Source: Haloferax volcanii DS2 (GTDB lineage: Archaea > Halobacteriota > Halobacteria > Halobacteriales > Haloferacaceae). Taken from it: a stretch of 32,000 nucleotides of DNA. Shown in pieces: positions 23,896 to 32,000 of this stretch (its first letter is position 1; each line of letters begins with the position of its first letter). Where the stretch lies: the NCBI RefSeq assembly GCF_000025685.1, contig NC_013967.1:2490001-2522000 (forward strand). The letters run 5' to 3'. A model generated the notes under the pieces. It did no database searches. It was not told where the DNA came from and was given only the letters and a program-made list of their open reading frames with translations. Both the position numbers and the translations under genes were made by a program.

Positions 23896-24693
23896 CTACT
23901 CCTCGCGGTCGAACGTCACGGCGTCGAACCAGCCGTCGACGACGCCCTTGAGTGCGCCCGTGGTACTGCCGAGATTGATGAGCTGATAGCCGTTTTCCGC
24001 CTTCTCGTTTACGTCGTCCATGCCGAAGCCGAGGCCGCCGACGGGGACGCCCGCATCGACCGCGGCCGAGCGGATGCGCTCGACCGCCTCCTGCACGTCC
24101 GGGTGGTCTATCTCGCCGGGGTGGCCGAGCGCCACCGAGAGGTCGAACGGCCCGATGAAGACGAAGCCCAGTTCGGGCACGTCGAGAATCGCGTCGAGGT
24201 CCGCAAGCGACTCGGCGGTCTCGATGGTCACGCCGACGAGCGTCTCGCGGTCCTCACCTGCAACGTAGTCGTCTGCGAGTCCCCAGCGGCGGGCGCGCGG
24301 CGACGCGAGGCCGCGGTCGCCGGGGCCGTCGCCGTAGGTGAAGCGGGCCGACCGAACCGCCTTGCGCACCTCCTCGGCCGACTCAACGCGCGGGAGGAAG
24401 ACGTTCCTGACGCCGAGGTCGAGGGCCTTCCGGACGAACTCGGGGTCGGTCGTCGGGAGCCGAACCAGCGGCTCGATGCCGGTTCGTTCCGCCGCGCGGA
24501 GGAGGTCTTCCATCGCGCCCGAGTCGAGCGGGCTGGGGCCGCCGTGTTCGAGGTCGAGCCACACGAAGTCGAGACCGAGTTCGCCGTAGAACTCCACGAG
24601 CGTCGGGCAGTAGGCGTTGTCGAGGACGCCGAGCGCGACGCCGCCGGCCTCGATTCGGGCGCGGAGCGCGTTCGATGATGGTGTCGCTACCAT
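23896..24693 (-). CDS. HpcH/HpaI-family 2-keto-3-deoxy-acid aldolase
   Basis: 265 aa. Motifs present are FVWLDLEHG, PLVRLP, VGVTIETAE and FIGPFDLS, which are typical class II pyruvate aldolase motifs. Confidence 0.85.
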   Translation of the reverse strand: MVATPSSNALRARIEAGGVALGVLDNAYCPTLVEFYGELGLDFVWLDLEHGGPSPLDSGAMEDLLRAAERTGIEPLVRLPTTDPEFVRKALDLGVRNVFLPRVESAEEVRKAVRSARFTYGDGPGDRGLASPRARRWGLADDYVAGEDRETLVGVTIETAESLADLDAILDVPELGFVFIGPFDLSVALGHPGEIDHPDVQEAVERIRSAAVDAGVPVGGLGFGMDDVNEKAENGYQLINLGSTTGALKGVVDGWFDAVTFDREE

Positions 24694-24748
24694 GTTCGTG
24701 ATACGACACGTAGCCAGAAAAGGGGCGTGGCGAGCGTCGGAGAGCCGC

Positions 24749-24798
24749 GTCGCCGGTCGTTGGTCGCCGGTCGTCGGTCGCCGGTCGGCGGTCGTCCC
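24749..24798. repeat. Tandem 14-bp repeat, about 3.5 copies (gtcgccggtcgttg / gtcgccggtcgtcg / gtcgccggtcggcg / gtcg...)
   Basis: Read directly from the sequence. The array ends at the base before the thiD stop codon (24799-24801) and lies upstream of the aldolase gene. The period is not a multiple of 3. Confidence 0.9.
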
Positions 24799-25638
24799 TT
24801 ACGACTCGTCGGGCGTCCAGCCGTCGCCGACGCCGACGAGGTGGTTCACGCTCCCCGCGCCCTCGCCCACGTCGGCGGGTTCAGCGAGGGTCGCACGCGT
24901 GAACTCGATGCCGTGCCGGACCGCGTCTGTGAGGTCGTCGCCGCGGGCGAGGCGGGCGGTGACGGCGCTCGAAAGCGTACAGCCCGACCCGTGGGTCGCC
25001 GTCGCGTCGATGCGCGGGTTGACGAACGTCGTCGTCTCCGTCGACGTGACGAGCGTGTCGACCACGGTGTCGCCGTCGGTGGCGACGTGGCCGCCCTTCA
25101 AGAGCACGGCGTCGGCGCCCCGGTCGAAGAACCAGTCGGCGGCCTCGGAGACGGGTGCCGGCGAGTCGGGGAACACGCCCGTCAGCGCCTCGGCCTCGTC
25201 GGCGTTCGGGGTCACGAGCGTCGCCTGCGCGAACAGAGCGTCGTAGGCGTCGACGGCGTCCTCGTCCAGCAGTCGGTCGCCGGAGGTGGCGACCATCACG
25301 GGGTCGAGGACGACCGGGCCGTCGTAGTCGGCGAGGCAGTCGGCGACCGTCTCGACCGCCTCGACGGTCGCCAGCATCCCGAGTTTGACGGCGGCGATGT
25401 CGAAGTCGTCGGCGACGGCCTCGTACTGGGCGCGAATCGACTCGGTCGGGAGGACGTGCGACCCCTCGACGCCGCGGGTGTTCTGGGCGGTTGCGGCCAC
25501 GATGACCGACCCGCCGTAGACGCCGAGTCGGGTCATCGTCTTCAGGTCGGCCTGGATACCCGCGCCGCCGCCGGAGTCGCTGGAGGCGATGGTGAGGGCG
25601 TACGGCGGCGTCTGCGGGTCGGGCGCGGTTCCCGTCAT
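24799..25638 (-). CDS. thiD: Hydroxymethylpyrimidine/phosphomethylpyrimidine kinase
   Basis: 279 aa. Motifs present are [33 protein letters not shown] and [10 protein letters not shown]. There is no fused ThiN domain. Confidence 0.9.
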   Translation of the reverse strand: MTGTAPDPQTPPYALTIASSDSGGGAGIQADLKTMTRLGVYGGSVIVAATAQNTRGVEGSHVLPTESIRAQYEAVADDFDIAAVKLGMLATVEAVETVADCLADYDGPVVLDPVMVATSGDRLLDEDAVDAYDALFAQATLVTPNADEAEALTGVFPDSPAPVSEAADWFFDRGADAVLLKGGHVATDGDTVVDTLVTSTETTTFVNPRIDATATHGSGCTLSSAVTARLARGDDLTDAVRHGIEFTRATLAEPADVGEGAGSVNHLVGVGDGWTPDES

Positions 25639-26535
25639 CTACCGCACCTCGATTCGGTCGATTCGGTCGGCGATGTCTGGCGTCGAGGCGTCCGCGAGTC
25701 CCGCGACCGCGTCGAGGAAGGCGGTTTTGTAGCTCGCCGGGCCGCGGTAGTCCCCGAACGCGCCCTCGGCGGCGAGTTCGCCCGCGAGTCCGTACGCCGC
25801 GGTCCCGGAGAGCGCCGCCGAAAGCGAGTCGTCGAGGGCGGCCCCGAACACGGCGAGCGTCGCGCCGAGCATACAGCCGGTGCCGACGACCGCGCCCATC
25901 ATCGAGTGGCCGGTGTCGACCTCGAAAGCTGCCTCCTCGGTGGCGACGATGTCGGTCTCGCCGGAGGCGACGACGACCGCGCCGGTCTTCCGGGCGCACT
26001 CGACGGCCGCGGCGGCAATTTCGGCGTACTCCCCGACCGACTCGACGCCGCGGACCTCGGCGTCGTCGCCGGCGAGCGCGGAGATTTCGCCGTAGTTGCC
26101 GTTGAGCACGTCCACATCGAGGTCGGTGACGAGGCGGTCCGCGACCCGGTCGCGCGTCGGGGTCGCGCCGACGCCCACGGGGTCGATGACGAGGGGAACG
26201 CCGTGGTCGTTCGCGGCTCGGCCGGCGGTCAGCATCGTCGCCTCGCCCGACTCGCTCACGGTCCCCATGTTGAGCAGACAGCCGTCCGCAATGCCGACCA
26301 TATCGCCGACCTCGCGCTCGTCGTCGGACATGACCGGCAGGCCGCCCCAGTAGAGCGTGACGTTCGCCACGTCGTTGACCGTCACGTCGTTCGTGACCGA
26401 GTTGATGAGCGGTTGTTCGCCCGCGACGGCGGCGAGCGCTTCGTCCAGCGCCACGTCGGGGACGCCGCCCGCACCGGTCGCGTCGTCCGACCCGCCCGAC
26501 CCACCCGCGCCGTCCGAGCCGTCGCGTCCGCTCAT
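25639..26535 (-). CDS. thiM: Hydroxyethylthiazole kinase
   Basis: 298 aa. Motifs present are [31 protein letters not shown] and [10 protein letters not shown]. Its stop abuts the thiD start. Confidence 0.9.
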   Translation of the reverse strand: MSGRDGSDGAGGSGGSDDATGAGGVPDVALDEALAAVAGEQPLINSVTNDVTVNDVANVTLYWGGLPVMSDDEREVGDMVGIADGCLLNMGTVSESGEATMLTAGRAANDHGVPLVIDPVGVGATPTRDRVADRLVTDLDVDVLNGNYGEISALAGDDAEVRGVESVGEYAEIAAAAVECARKTGAVVVASGETDIVATEEAAFEVDTGHSMMGAVVGTGCMLGATLAVFGAALDDSLSAALSGTAAYGLAGELAAEGAFGDYRGPASYKTAFLDAVAGLADASTPDIADRIDRIEVR

Positions 26536-27176
26536 CGGCGGTTCCTCCCGGCGGCGACCGAATCAGCGAGGTGGCGGGTCGCGTCGGCGGGGTCGTCAGC
26601 GGCGGTGATGGCCGACACGACCGCGACGCCGTCGGCTCCGGCGGCGACCACGTCGGCGGCGTTGTCGGGCGTGACGCCGCCGATACCGACGAACGGAATC
26701 GAGACGGCTTCAGCGATGGCCGACACGCGCTCGGTCCCGATTTCGGACTGCTCCGGGTTCGTCTCCTTCGTGTCGGTGGCGAACACCGCGCCGACGCCGA
26801 GGTAGTCCGCGCCGGCCTCCTCGGCGGCTCTCGCGCCCGCGACGGTCGAGACCGACCGGCCGACGATTGCGCCCTCGCCGAGCTGTTCGCGCGCGACCGA
26901 GACGGGCACGTCGTCGTCGCCGAGGTGGACGCCGTCGGCGTCGATTGCGGCCGCGATGTCGACCCGGTCGTTGACGACGAGCGGGACGCCCGCGTCGGCC
27001 GTCACGGCGCGAAGCTCGCGGCCGACCTCGTAGCGGTCGCGGGCGCTCGCGTGCTTCTCCCTGAGTTGCACGACATCGATGCCGCCGTCGACCGCGGCCC
27101 GCACCACGTCCGGCGTCGACCGCCCGCCGGAGCGGTCCGACTGCGTGACCAGATAGGTTCCCATCGAAGTATTCAT
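26532..27176 (-). CDS. thiE: Thiamine-phosphate synthase
   Basis: I trimmed the 298-aa track ORF to MNTSMGTYLVT... (a start at 27164, MGTYLV, is also possible). Motifs present are VQLREK, LVVNDRVD, GVHLGDDD and IGGV. Its stop overlaps the thiM start in an ATGA. Confidence 0.9.
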   Translation of the reverse strand: MNTSMGTYLVTQSDRSGGRSTPDVVRAAVDGGIDVVQLREKHASARDRYEVGRELRAVTADAGVPLVVNDRVDIAAAIDADGVHLGDDDVPVSVAREQLGEGAIVGRSVSTVAGARAAEEAGADYLGVGAVFATDTKETNPEQSEIGTERVSAIAEAVSIPFVGIGGVTPDNAADVVAAGADGVAVVSAITAADDPADATRHLADSVAAGRNRR

Positions 27177-27312
27177 GAGTTGTATTTTGGAGTGATGCGG
27201 CGACGGGCAAAATAGTTCCTCCTCCGGGCGTCGTCCGGCCGGATTCCCGGCGGCTGAGAGCTGTCGACCGCCGTTATGGTATGAGCGAGCCAACGGGTAC
27301 GCGGTGAGCTGT

Positions 27313-27888
27313 ATGGGGACGGTACTCGTCGCGTACGGGAGCAAGGAGGGACAGACCGAGAAGATAGCCGGGCGCATCGTGGTGGCGCTGGCGGCCCACG
27401 GACACGACGTGCGGACCGAGTCGGTCACCGACGCCGCCGCCGCCGAGGCGCTCGCCGACGCCGACGCGGTGCTCGTCGGGTCGTCGGTTCACCTCGGCGC
27501 GCACTCGAAGTCGGTGTACGGGTTCGTCCGCGAGCACCGCGACGACATCGAGGCGCGGCCCAACGGCTTCTTCCAAGTGTCGCTGTCGTCGGCGCTCGAC
27601 GACGCGGACGCCCGCGCCGAGGTCGCGACGTACCTCGACGAGTTCGTCGAAGAGAGCGGTTGGCCCCCCGAGCGGATGGCCGCGTTCGGCGGGGCGCTTC
27701 GGTACTCCGAGTACGGCTTTCTCACCCGGCTGGTGATGAAGCGCATCGCCGCGGACGCGACCGGCGACACGGACGCCTCGCGGGACTACGAGTACACCGA
27801 CTGGGACGAAGTCGAGTCGTTCGCCGCCGACTTCGTCGAGTACGTGGAGCCGACGGCGGGCACCGCCGCGGGAGGTGCGGCGGTCTGA
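27313..27888 (+). CDS. HemG-like long-chain flavodoxin (menaquinone-dependent protoporphyrinogen dehydrogenase family)
   Basis: The ATG is at 27313 (the track uses the GTG at 27304). VLVAYGSKEGQTEKIA is the flavodoxin FMN loop. GGALRYSEYGFLTRLVMKRIAADATGDTDASRDYEYTDWDEVESFAADF closely parallels, from memory, E. coli HemG [41 protein letters not shown]. Confidence 0.75.
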   Translation: MGTVLVAYGSKEGQTEKIAGRIVVALAAHGHDVRTESVTDAAAAEALADADAVLVGSSVHLGAHSKSVYGFVREHRDDIEARPNGFFQVSLSSALDDADARAEVATYLDEFVEESGWPPERMAAFGGALRYSEYGFLTRLVMKRIAADATGDTDASRDYEYTDWDEVESFAADFVEYVEPTAGTAAGGAAV

Positions 27889-27891
27889 GCG

Positions 27892-27957
27892 GGCGGGCTG
27901 ACCCGCCGCGAACGACTACCGCTTCGGGCAAACGTGGCGAGCCACACACAGGTTTTT
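27892..27957 (+). terminator. Hairpin ggcggg-ctga-cccgcc followed downstream by a T5 tract, after the flavodoxin gene
   Basis: The stem-loop at 27892-27907 starts 4 bp after the stop codon. 'ttttt' lies at 27953-57. Archaeal termination typically uses oligo-T. The T-tract could instead be part of the next gene's TATA region. Confidence 0.3.
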
Positions 27958-27977
27958 GCTATCCTGCACGATTATAA

Positions 27978-30900
27978 ATGGTAATGTCTGGTGACGGCCC
28001 TTCACGGGCGACACGAATCACGGCGGAGACGGACGGCGAGAGACGGGGGGACTTCCAACGATTTCAGGAGTCGCGCGACTACGACGTGGCGGACGTGGCC
28101 GAACACGCCGACCTCGCCGCCGACCTCCGGGACGTGGTCTCCGGCGAGGTGCGATTCGACGAGTACGCGCAGGTGTTGTACGCGACCGACGGCTCGATTT
28201 ACCGGGCGCGCCCGGCGGGCGTGGTCATCCCCCGCGACGAAGACGACGTGCGCGCCGCGGTGCGGACGGCGGCCGAACACGACGTGCCCGTGCTCCCGCG
28301 TGGGGCGGGGTCGTCGCTGGCGGGACAGACCGTCGGCCCCGACTGTGTCGTCGTCGACTGCTCGAAGTACATGGACGAAATCGTCCGCGTGGACCCCGAC
28401 GCGCGGCGGGCGCGGGTCCAACCCGGCGTGGTGCAGGACGACCTCGACGACCGCCTCGCGGACCACGGCCTGAAGTTCGCGCCGGACCCCGCCTCCTCGA
28501 ACCGAGCGACCGTGGGCGGCGGCATCGGCAACAACTCCACGGGCGCGCACTCGGTCCGCTACGGCATCACCGACGCTTACACCGAGGAGTTGCGGGTCGT
28601 CCTCGCGGACGGGTCGGTCGTCCACACCCGCGATGTGGTCGTCGGGAGCGACGAGTGGGACCGCATCGTCGGCAAGGACGACCGCGAGGCCGCCCTCTAC
28701 CGGACCGTTCTCGGCCTCGTCGAGGACCACGAGGAGGAAATCGAGCGCCGGTATCCGAGCCTCAAGCGGTCGGTGTCGGGCTACAACCTCCACAAAGTCG
28801 TCTCCGAGACCGACGACGGCGAGACGGTCGTCAACCTCTCGAAGCTGTTCGTCGGCGCGGAGGGCACTCTCGGCGTCGTCGTCGAGGCCACCGTGTCGCT
28901 CGTGACGGTCCCCGAGGAGACGGCGCTCGTCCTCTACGCCTACGACGACCTCGTGGAGGCGATGGCCGCGGTCCCCGACGCGCTGGACTTCGACGCCAGC
29001 GCGGTCGAACTCATGGACGACGAGGTGTTGCGGATGGCCGCCGAGTCCAGCGAGTACGCGCAGTACGTCGAGGAGATTCCCGACGGGACGGCGGCGACCC
29101 TGATGCTGGAGTTCGACTCCGAACTGCACGACGACTTCGAGGCCGTGATTCGCGAGGCGAACGACCACTTCCTGCGAGACGGCGACCCCGGGTCGGCGGC
29201 GGGCGACGAGTCGACGGCGGCGGGCGACGCCGACGACGGCGGCGCGTTCGAGGCCATCGAGGCGTACACGCCCGCGGCGCAGGCCGACCTCTGGAAACTT
29301 CGCAAGGCGGCGATACCGCTTCTCATGTCGCTGCCGGGCGACCCGAAGCCCTACCCGTTCATCGAGGACGCGAGCGTCCCGCCCGAGGAGTTGGCGGAGT
29401 ACGTCCAGTCGTTCGAAGACGTGTTAGAGGACCACGGCACGTCGGCCGCGTACTTCGCCCACGCCGGGTCGGGGACGCTCCACATCCGCCCGATTCTGAA
29501 CCTCAAGGAGAACGAGGGCATCGAGAAGATGCGCGCCATCACCGACGACGTGACCGACCTCGTGTTGGACCACCGCGGGGCCTTTTCGGGCGAGCACGGC
29601 GACGGAATGGCCCGGACCGAGTGGAACCCGAAGATGTACGGCCCCGAACTCTGGGGCGCGTTCAAGGAACTGAAGACCGCCTTCGACCCCGAGTGGCGCA
29701 TGAACCCCGGCAACGTCGTCTACCGCGACGGCTCCGACGACCTCGGGCCGGACGGCGACCGCGGCGTCGGCGCGGACATGCGCGAGAACCTCCGGTACGG
29801 CGCGGCCTACCGGTCCATCGAGCCAGCGACGACGCTCGACTTCTCGGACGAGGGCGGATTCTCGCACCTCGTCGAACTCTGTAACGGTTGCGGTACCTGC
29901 CGGCAGACCGGGTCGGAGACGATGTGTCCGACCTACCGCGCCTCGAAGGACGAAGCCGAGACGACCCGCGGCCGGGCCAATATGCTCCGCGCGGCCATCT
30001 CAGGCGACCTCTCGGACGACGAGATCCACTCCGACCGCTTCCAAGAGGAGGTGCTCGACCTCTGTGTCGGCTGTAAGGGCTGTCAGAACGACTGTCCGAC
30101 CGGCGTCGACTTGGCGAAGCTCAAAGCCGAGGTGAAACACGCCCACCACGCCGAGGCGGGCGCGTCGCTCCGCGAGCGCCTGTTCGCCAACATCGACCGG
30201 CTGGCCGGCGTCGGCAGCGCGCTCGCGCCCGTCTCGAACTGGGCGGCCGAACTCCCGGGCGCGCGGGCCGCGATGGAACGACTCGCGGGCGTCGCCGCCG
30301 ACCGGGCGCTCCCCTCGTTCACCCGCGACACGCTCGAATCGTGGATGGACGGGCGACGGCCCCGCGTCCCGGCGAGCGAGGCCGACCACCGCGTCCTCCT
30401 GTTTCCCGACACCTACACGAACTACGTCACGCCTGAAATCGGGAAGGCCGCGGTTCGCGTGCTGGAGGCCACCGGCGTCCACGTCCGCCTCGCGGAGGGC
30501 GTCGGTCCGAGCGGCCGGGCCGCCTACTCCGGCGGTTTCCTCGACCTCGCGCGACGGCGCGCGGGTCACAACGTCGAGACGCTCCGCCCGTCGGTCGAAA
30601 ACGGCTGGTCGGTCGTCTTCGTCGAGCCCTCGGACGCGGTGATGTTCCAAGACGAGTACGCCGACCTGCTGCCGGACGACGCGGTCGCCCCGGTCGCCGC
30701 GGCCGCCTCAGGGGTCATGGAGTTCCTCGACGCCCACCGGCTGGACGAGAACCTCCCGATTCGCGGGCGCTCGGCCGACGGCGACGACGCGGCCGGACCC
30801 GTCGCCTCCGCGGTCGCTGACGGCGGTACCCTCGGGTCCCTCACCTACCACGGCCACTGCAACCAGAAGGCGCTGAACAAGGACCACCACGCGGTGGGCG

Positions 30901-31160
30901 TCCTCCGGCGGGTCGGCTACGAGGTCGACCCCCTGGACTCGAGCTGCTGCGGCATGGCCGGGAGCTTCGGCTACGAGGCCGAACACTACGACCTCTCGAA
31001 GGCCATGGGAGACATCCTGCTCGAGCAGGTCGACGACAGTCAGGGCGACGAGGTGGTCGCCCCCGGCGCGTCGTGTCGGACGCAACTCGAAGACAGGGAC
31101 GACGCGGCGCGGCGACCGCCGCACCCGATAGAGAAGGTCGCGCAGGCGCTGTCGGGCTGA
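27978..31160 (+). CDS. FAD-linked oxidase (GlcD/D-lactate dehydrogenase-like) fused to an Fe-S/CCG domain (GlcF/GlpC-like)
   Basis: 1060 aa. The FAD-binding region is VLPRGAGSSLAGQ. The two ferredoxin-type motifs are CNGCGTCRQ...CP and CVGCKGCQNDCP. The C-terminal CCG motif is SSCCGMAGSFGY. Confidence 0.9.
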   Translation: MVMSGDGPSRATRITAETDGERRGDFQRFQESRDYDVADVAEHADLAADLRDVVSGEVRFDEYAQVLYATDGSIYRARPAGVVIPRDEDDVRAAVRTAAEHDVPVLPRGAGSSLAGQTVGPDCVVVDCSKYMDEIVRVDPDARRARVQPGVVQDDLDDRLADHGLKFAPDPASSNRATVGGGIGNNSTGAHSVRYGITDAYTEELRVVLADGSVVHTRDVVVGSDEWDRIVGKDDREAALYRTVLGLVEDHEEEIERRYPSLKRSVSGYNLHKVVSETDDGETVVNLSKLFVGAEGTLGVVVEATVSLVTVPEETALVLYAYDDLVEAMAAVPDALDFDASAVELMDDEVLRMAAESSEYAQYVEEIPDGTAATLMLEFDSELHDDFEAVIREANDHFLRDGDPGSAAGDESTAAGDADDGGAFEAIEAYTPAAQADLWKLRKAAIPLLMSLPGDPKPYPFIEDASVPPEELAEYVQSFEDVLEDHGTSAAYFAHAGSGTLHIRPILNLKENEGIEKMRAITDDVTDLVLDHRGAFSGEHGDGMARTEWNPKMYGPELWGAFKELKTAFDPEWRMNPGNVVYRDGSDDLGPDGDRGVGADMRENLRYGAAYRSIEPATTLDFSDEGGFSHLVELCNGCGTCRQTGSETMCPTYRASKDEAETTRGRANMLRAAISGDLSDDEIHSDRFQEEVLDLCVGCKGCQNDCPTGVDLAKLKAEVKHAHHAEAGASLRERLFANIDRLAGVGSALAPVSNWAAELPGARAAMERLAGVAADRALPSFTRDTLESWMDGRRPRVPASEADHRVLLFPDTYTNYVTPEIGKAAVRVLEATGVHVRLAEGVGPSGRAAYSGGFLDLARRRAGHNVETLRPSVENGWSVVFVEPSDAVMFQDEYADLLPDDAVAPVAAAASGVMEFLDAHRLDENLPIRGRSADGDDAAGPVASAVADGGTLGSLTYHGHCNQKALNKDHHAVGVLRRVGYEVDPLDSSCCGMAGSFGYEAEHYDLSKAMGDILLEQVDDSQGDEVVAPGASCRTQLEDRDDAARRPPHPIEKVAQALSG

Positions 31161-31274
31161 GCGGGCGCGCGTCGGCGCAGTCGTCGGGTTCCCGCGGGTC
31201 GGGACGGTATCCGTCTCGCGGCGTTCCGCAATCACATCCCTTTTGCCGGTTTGCGTGGCAGGTGAAGGCAGACC

Positions 31275-32000
31275 ATGTCCGATGCACCCGATGTCGGCGA
31301 ACTCACCCCGCCGAATCGCACGCTGATGGGCCCCGGCCCGAGCGACGTTCACCCGCGCGTCCTCCGCGCGATGTCCACGCCGCTCGTCGGCCACCTCGAC
31401 CCGTCGTTTATCGAGGTCATGAACGAGGTGCAGGAGCTCATGCGCTACACGTTCCGCACCGACAACAAGTGGACGATTCCGGTCTCGGGGACCGGGTCGG
31501 CGTCGATGGAGGCGGCCATCGGCAACCTCGTCGAACCGGGTGACACGATGCTCGTCCCGACGAACGGCTACTTCGGCGGGCGCATGGAGTCGATGGCCGA
31601 GCGCGCCGGCGGCGAGGTCGTCCACGTCGACGCGCCGTGGGGCGAGCCGCTCGACTCCGCGGACGTACAGGACGCCTTCGACGAGCACCAGCCGGACGTG
31701 TTCGGGTTCGTCCACGCCGAGACCTCGACGGGCGTGAAACAGCCGAGCGTCCCCGAACTGACGAGCATCGCCCACGACCACGACGCGCTCGTCGTCGCCG
31801 ACACCGTCACCTCGCTCGGCGGGGTCGAACTCGAAGCCGACGACTGGGGCATCGACGTGGCCTACTCCGGCCCGCAGAAGTGCCTGTCGTGCCCGCCGGG
31901 CGCGAGCCCGCTGACGCTCAACGACCGCGCGATGGACAAGGTGCTCTCGCGGGAGGAACCCACCCGCTCGTGGTACCTCGACCTGTCGCTGCTGGAGGGC
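31275..32000 (+). CDS. Class V aminotransferase (alanine/serine-glyoxylate aminotransferase-like), 5' part; continues past the right edge
   Basis: The ATG at 31275 gives MSDAPDVGELTPPNRTLMGPGPSDVHPRVL... Motifs present are VSGTGSASMEAA, VVADTVTSLGG and the PLP lysine in AYSGPQKCL. The frame is open to the window end. Confidence 0.9.
   Translation, partial: MSDAPDVGELTPPNRTLMGPGPSDVHPRVLRAMSTPLVGHLDPSFIEVMNEVQELMRYTFRTDNKWTIPVSGTGSASMEAAIGNLVEPGDTMLVPTNGYFGGRMESMAERAGGEVVHVDAPWGEPLDSADVQDAFDEHQPDVFGFVHAETSTGVKQPSVPELTSIAHDHDALVVADTVTSLGGVELEADDWGIDVAYSGPQKCLSCPPGASPLTLNDRAMDKVLSREEPTRSWYLDLSLLEG

Noticed and set aside
24749-24798. Tandem repeat as a possible CRISPR array
   Set aside because: The units are contiguous 14-mers with no spacers, there are only about 3.5 copies, and there are no cas genes.
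24727-26805. 692-aa plus-strand ORF across thiD, thiM and thiE
   Set aside because: It is antisense to three well-supported thiamine genes, and it reads through the non-coding 14-bp tandem repeat. It is a shadow ORF.
27177-27312. Possible TPP riboswitch upstream of thiE, prompted by a 'ctgaga' string at about 27254
   Set aside because: The ctgaga is on the plus strand, which is the wrong strand for thiE. The rest of the conserved TPP aptamer (the ACCUGAUCUGGAUAAUGCCAGCG-like core) is absent on both strands.
1-32000. Mobile elements, prophage, defence islands or toxin-antitoxin pairs
   Set aside because: I recognised no transposase, integrase, recombinase, terminal inverted repeats, tRNA attachment site, cas genes, restriction-modification motifs or nuclease/ATPase defence domains. 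The GC content and codon bias look uniform apart from the promoter regions.

Overview
This window is high-GC (roughly two-thirds G+C by eye). Its proteins are strongly acidic, Tat signals and Tat-lipobox signals are common, and TATA boxes sit about 24-30 bp upstream of start codons, implying leaderless mRNAs. It also encodes a halocyanin. All of this points to a haloarchaeal (class Halobacteria) chromosomal core region.

I support 32 protein genes:
- Metabolic enzymes: ilvD, moaB, an MDR oxidoreductase, a D-2-hydroxyacid dehydrogenase, a geranylgeranyl-reductase-family flavoprotein and an aldo/keto reductase.
- Membrane and signalling proteins: a MOP flippase, an Nramp-fold transporter and a PAS-PAS histidine kinase.
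- A Rieske/cytochrome b operon with a divergently encoded halocyanin.
- A tautomerase, an Mhq-type ring-cleaving dioxygenase, a SAM methyltransferase and an HpcH aldolase.
- A thiE-thiM-thiD operon.
- A HemG-like flavodoxin, a 1060-aa FAD/Fe-S (GlcD+GlcF-like) fusion dehydrogenase and two class V aminotransferases.

I found no rRNA, tRNA, CRISPR array, transposase, integrase or recognisable defence module. The many long extra ORFs in the track are antisense or alternate-frame shadows typical of GC-rich DNA.

I see no clear-cut novel 'system'. The observations most worth following up are:
1. The complex-III-like operon has no c-type cytochrome and contains two uncharacterised cysteine-free membrane proteins.
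2. The Nramp-fold protein lacks the canonical metal-binding residues.
3. A HemG-like flavodoxin sits next to a GlcD/GlcF fusion and an aminotransferase.
4. A 303-bp GC-rich spacer between convergent genes contains no credible ORF.
5. The histidine kinase carries a degenerate receiver domain.
6. Several intergenic repeats and palindromes are unexplained.

All family assignments come from reading motifs by eye. No searches were run.
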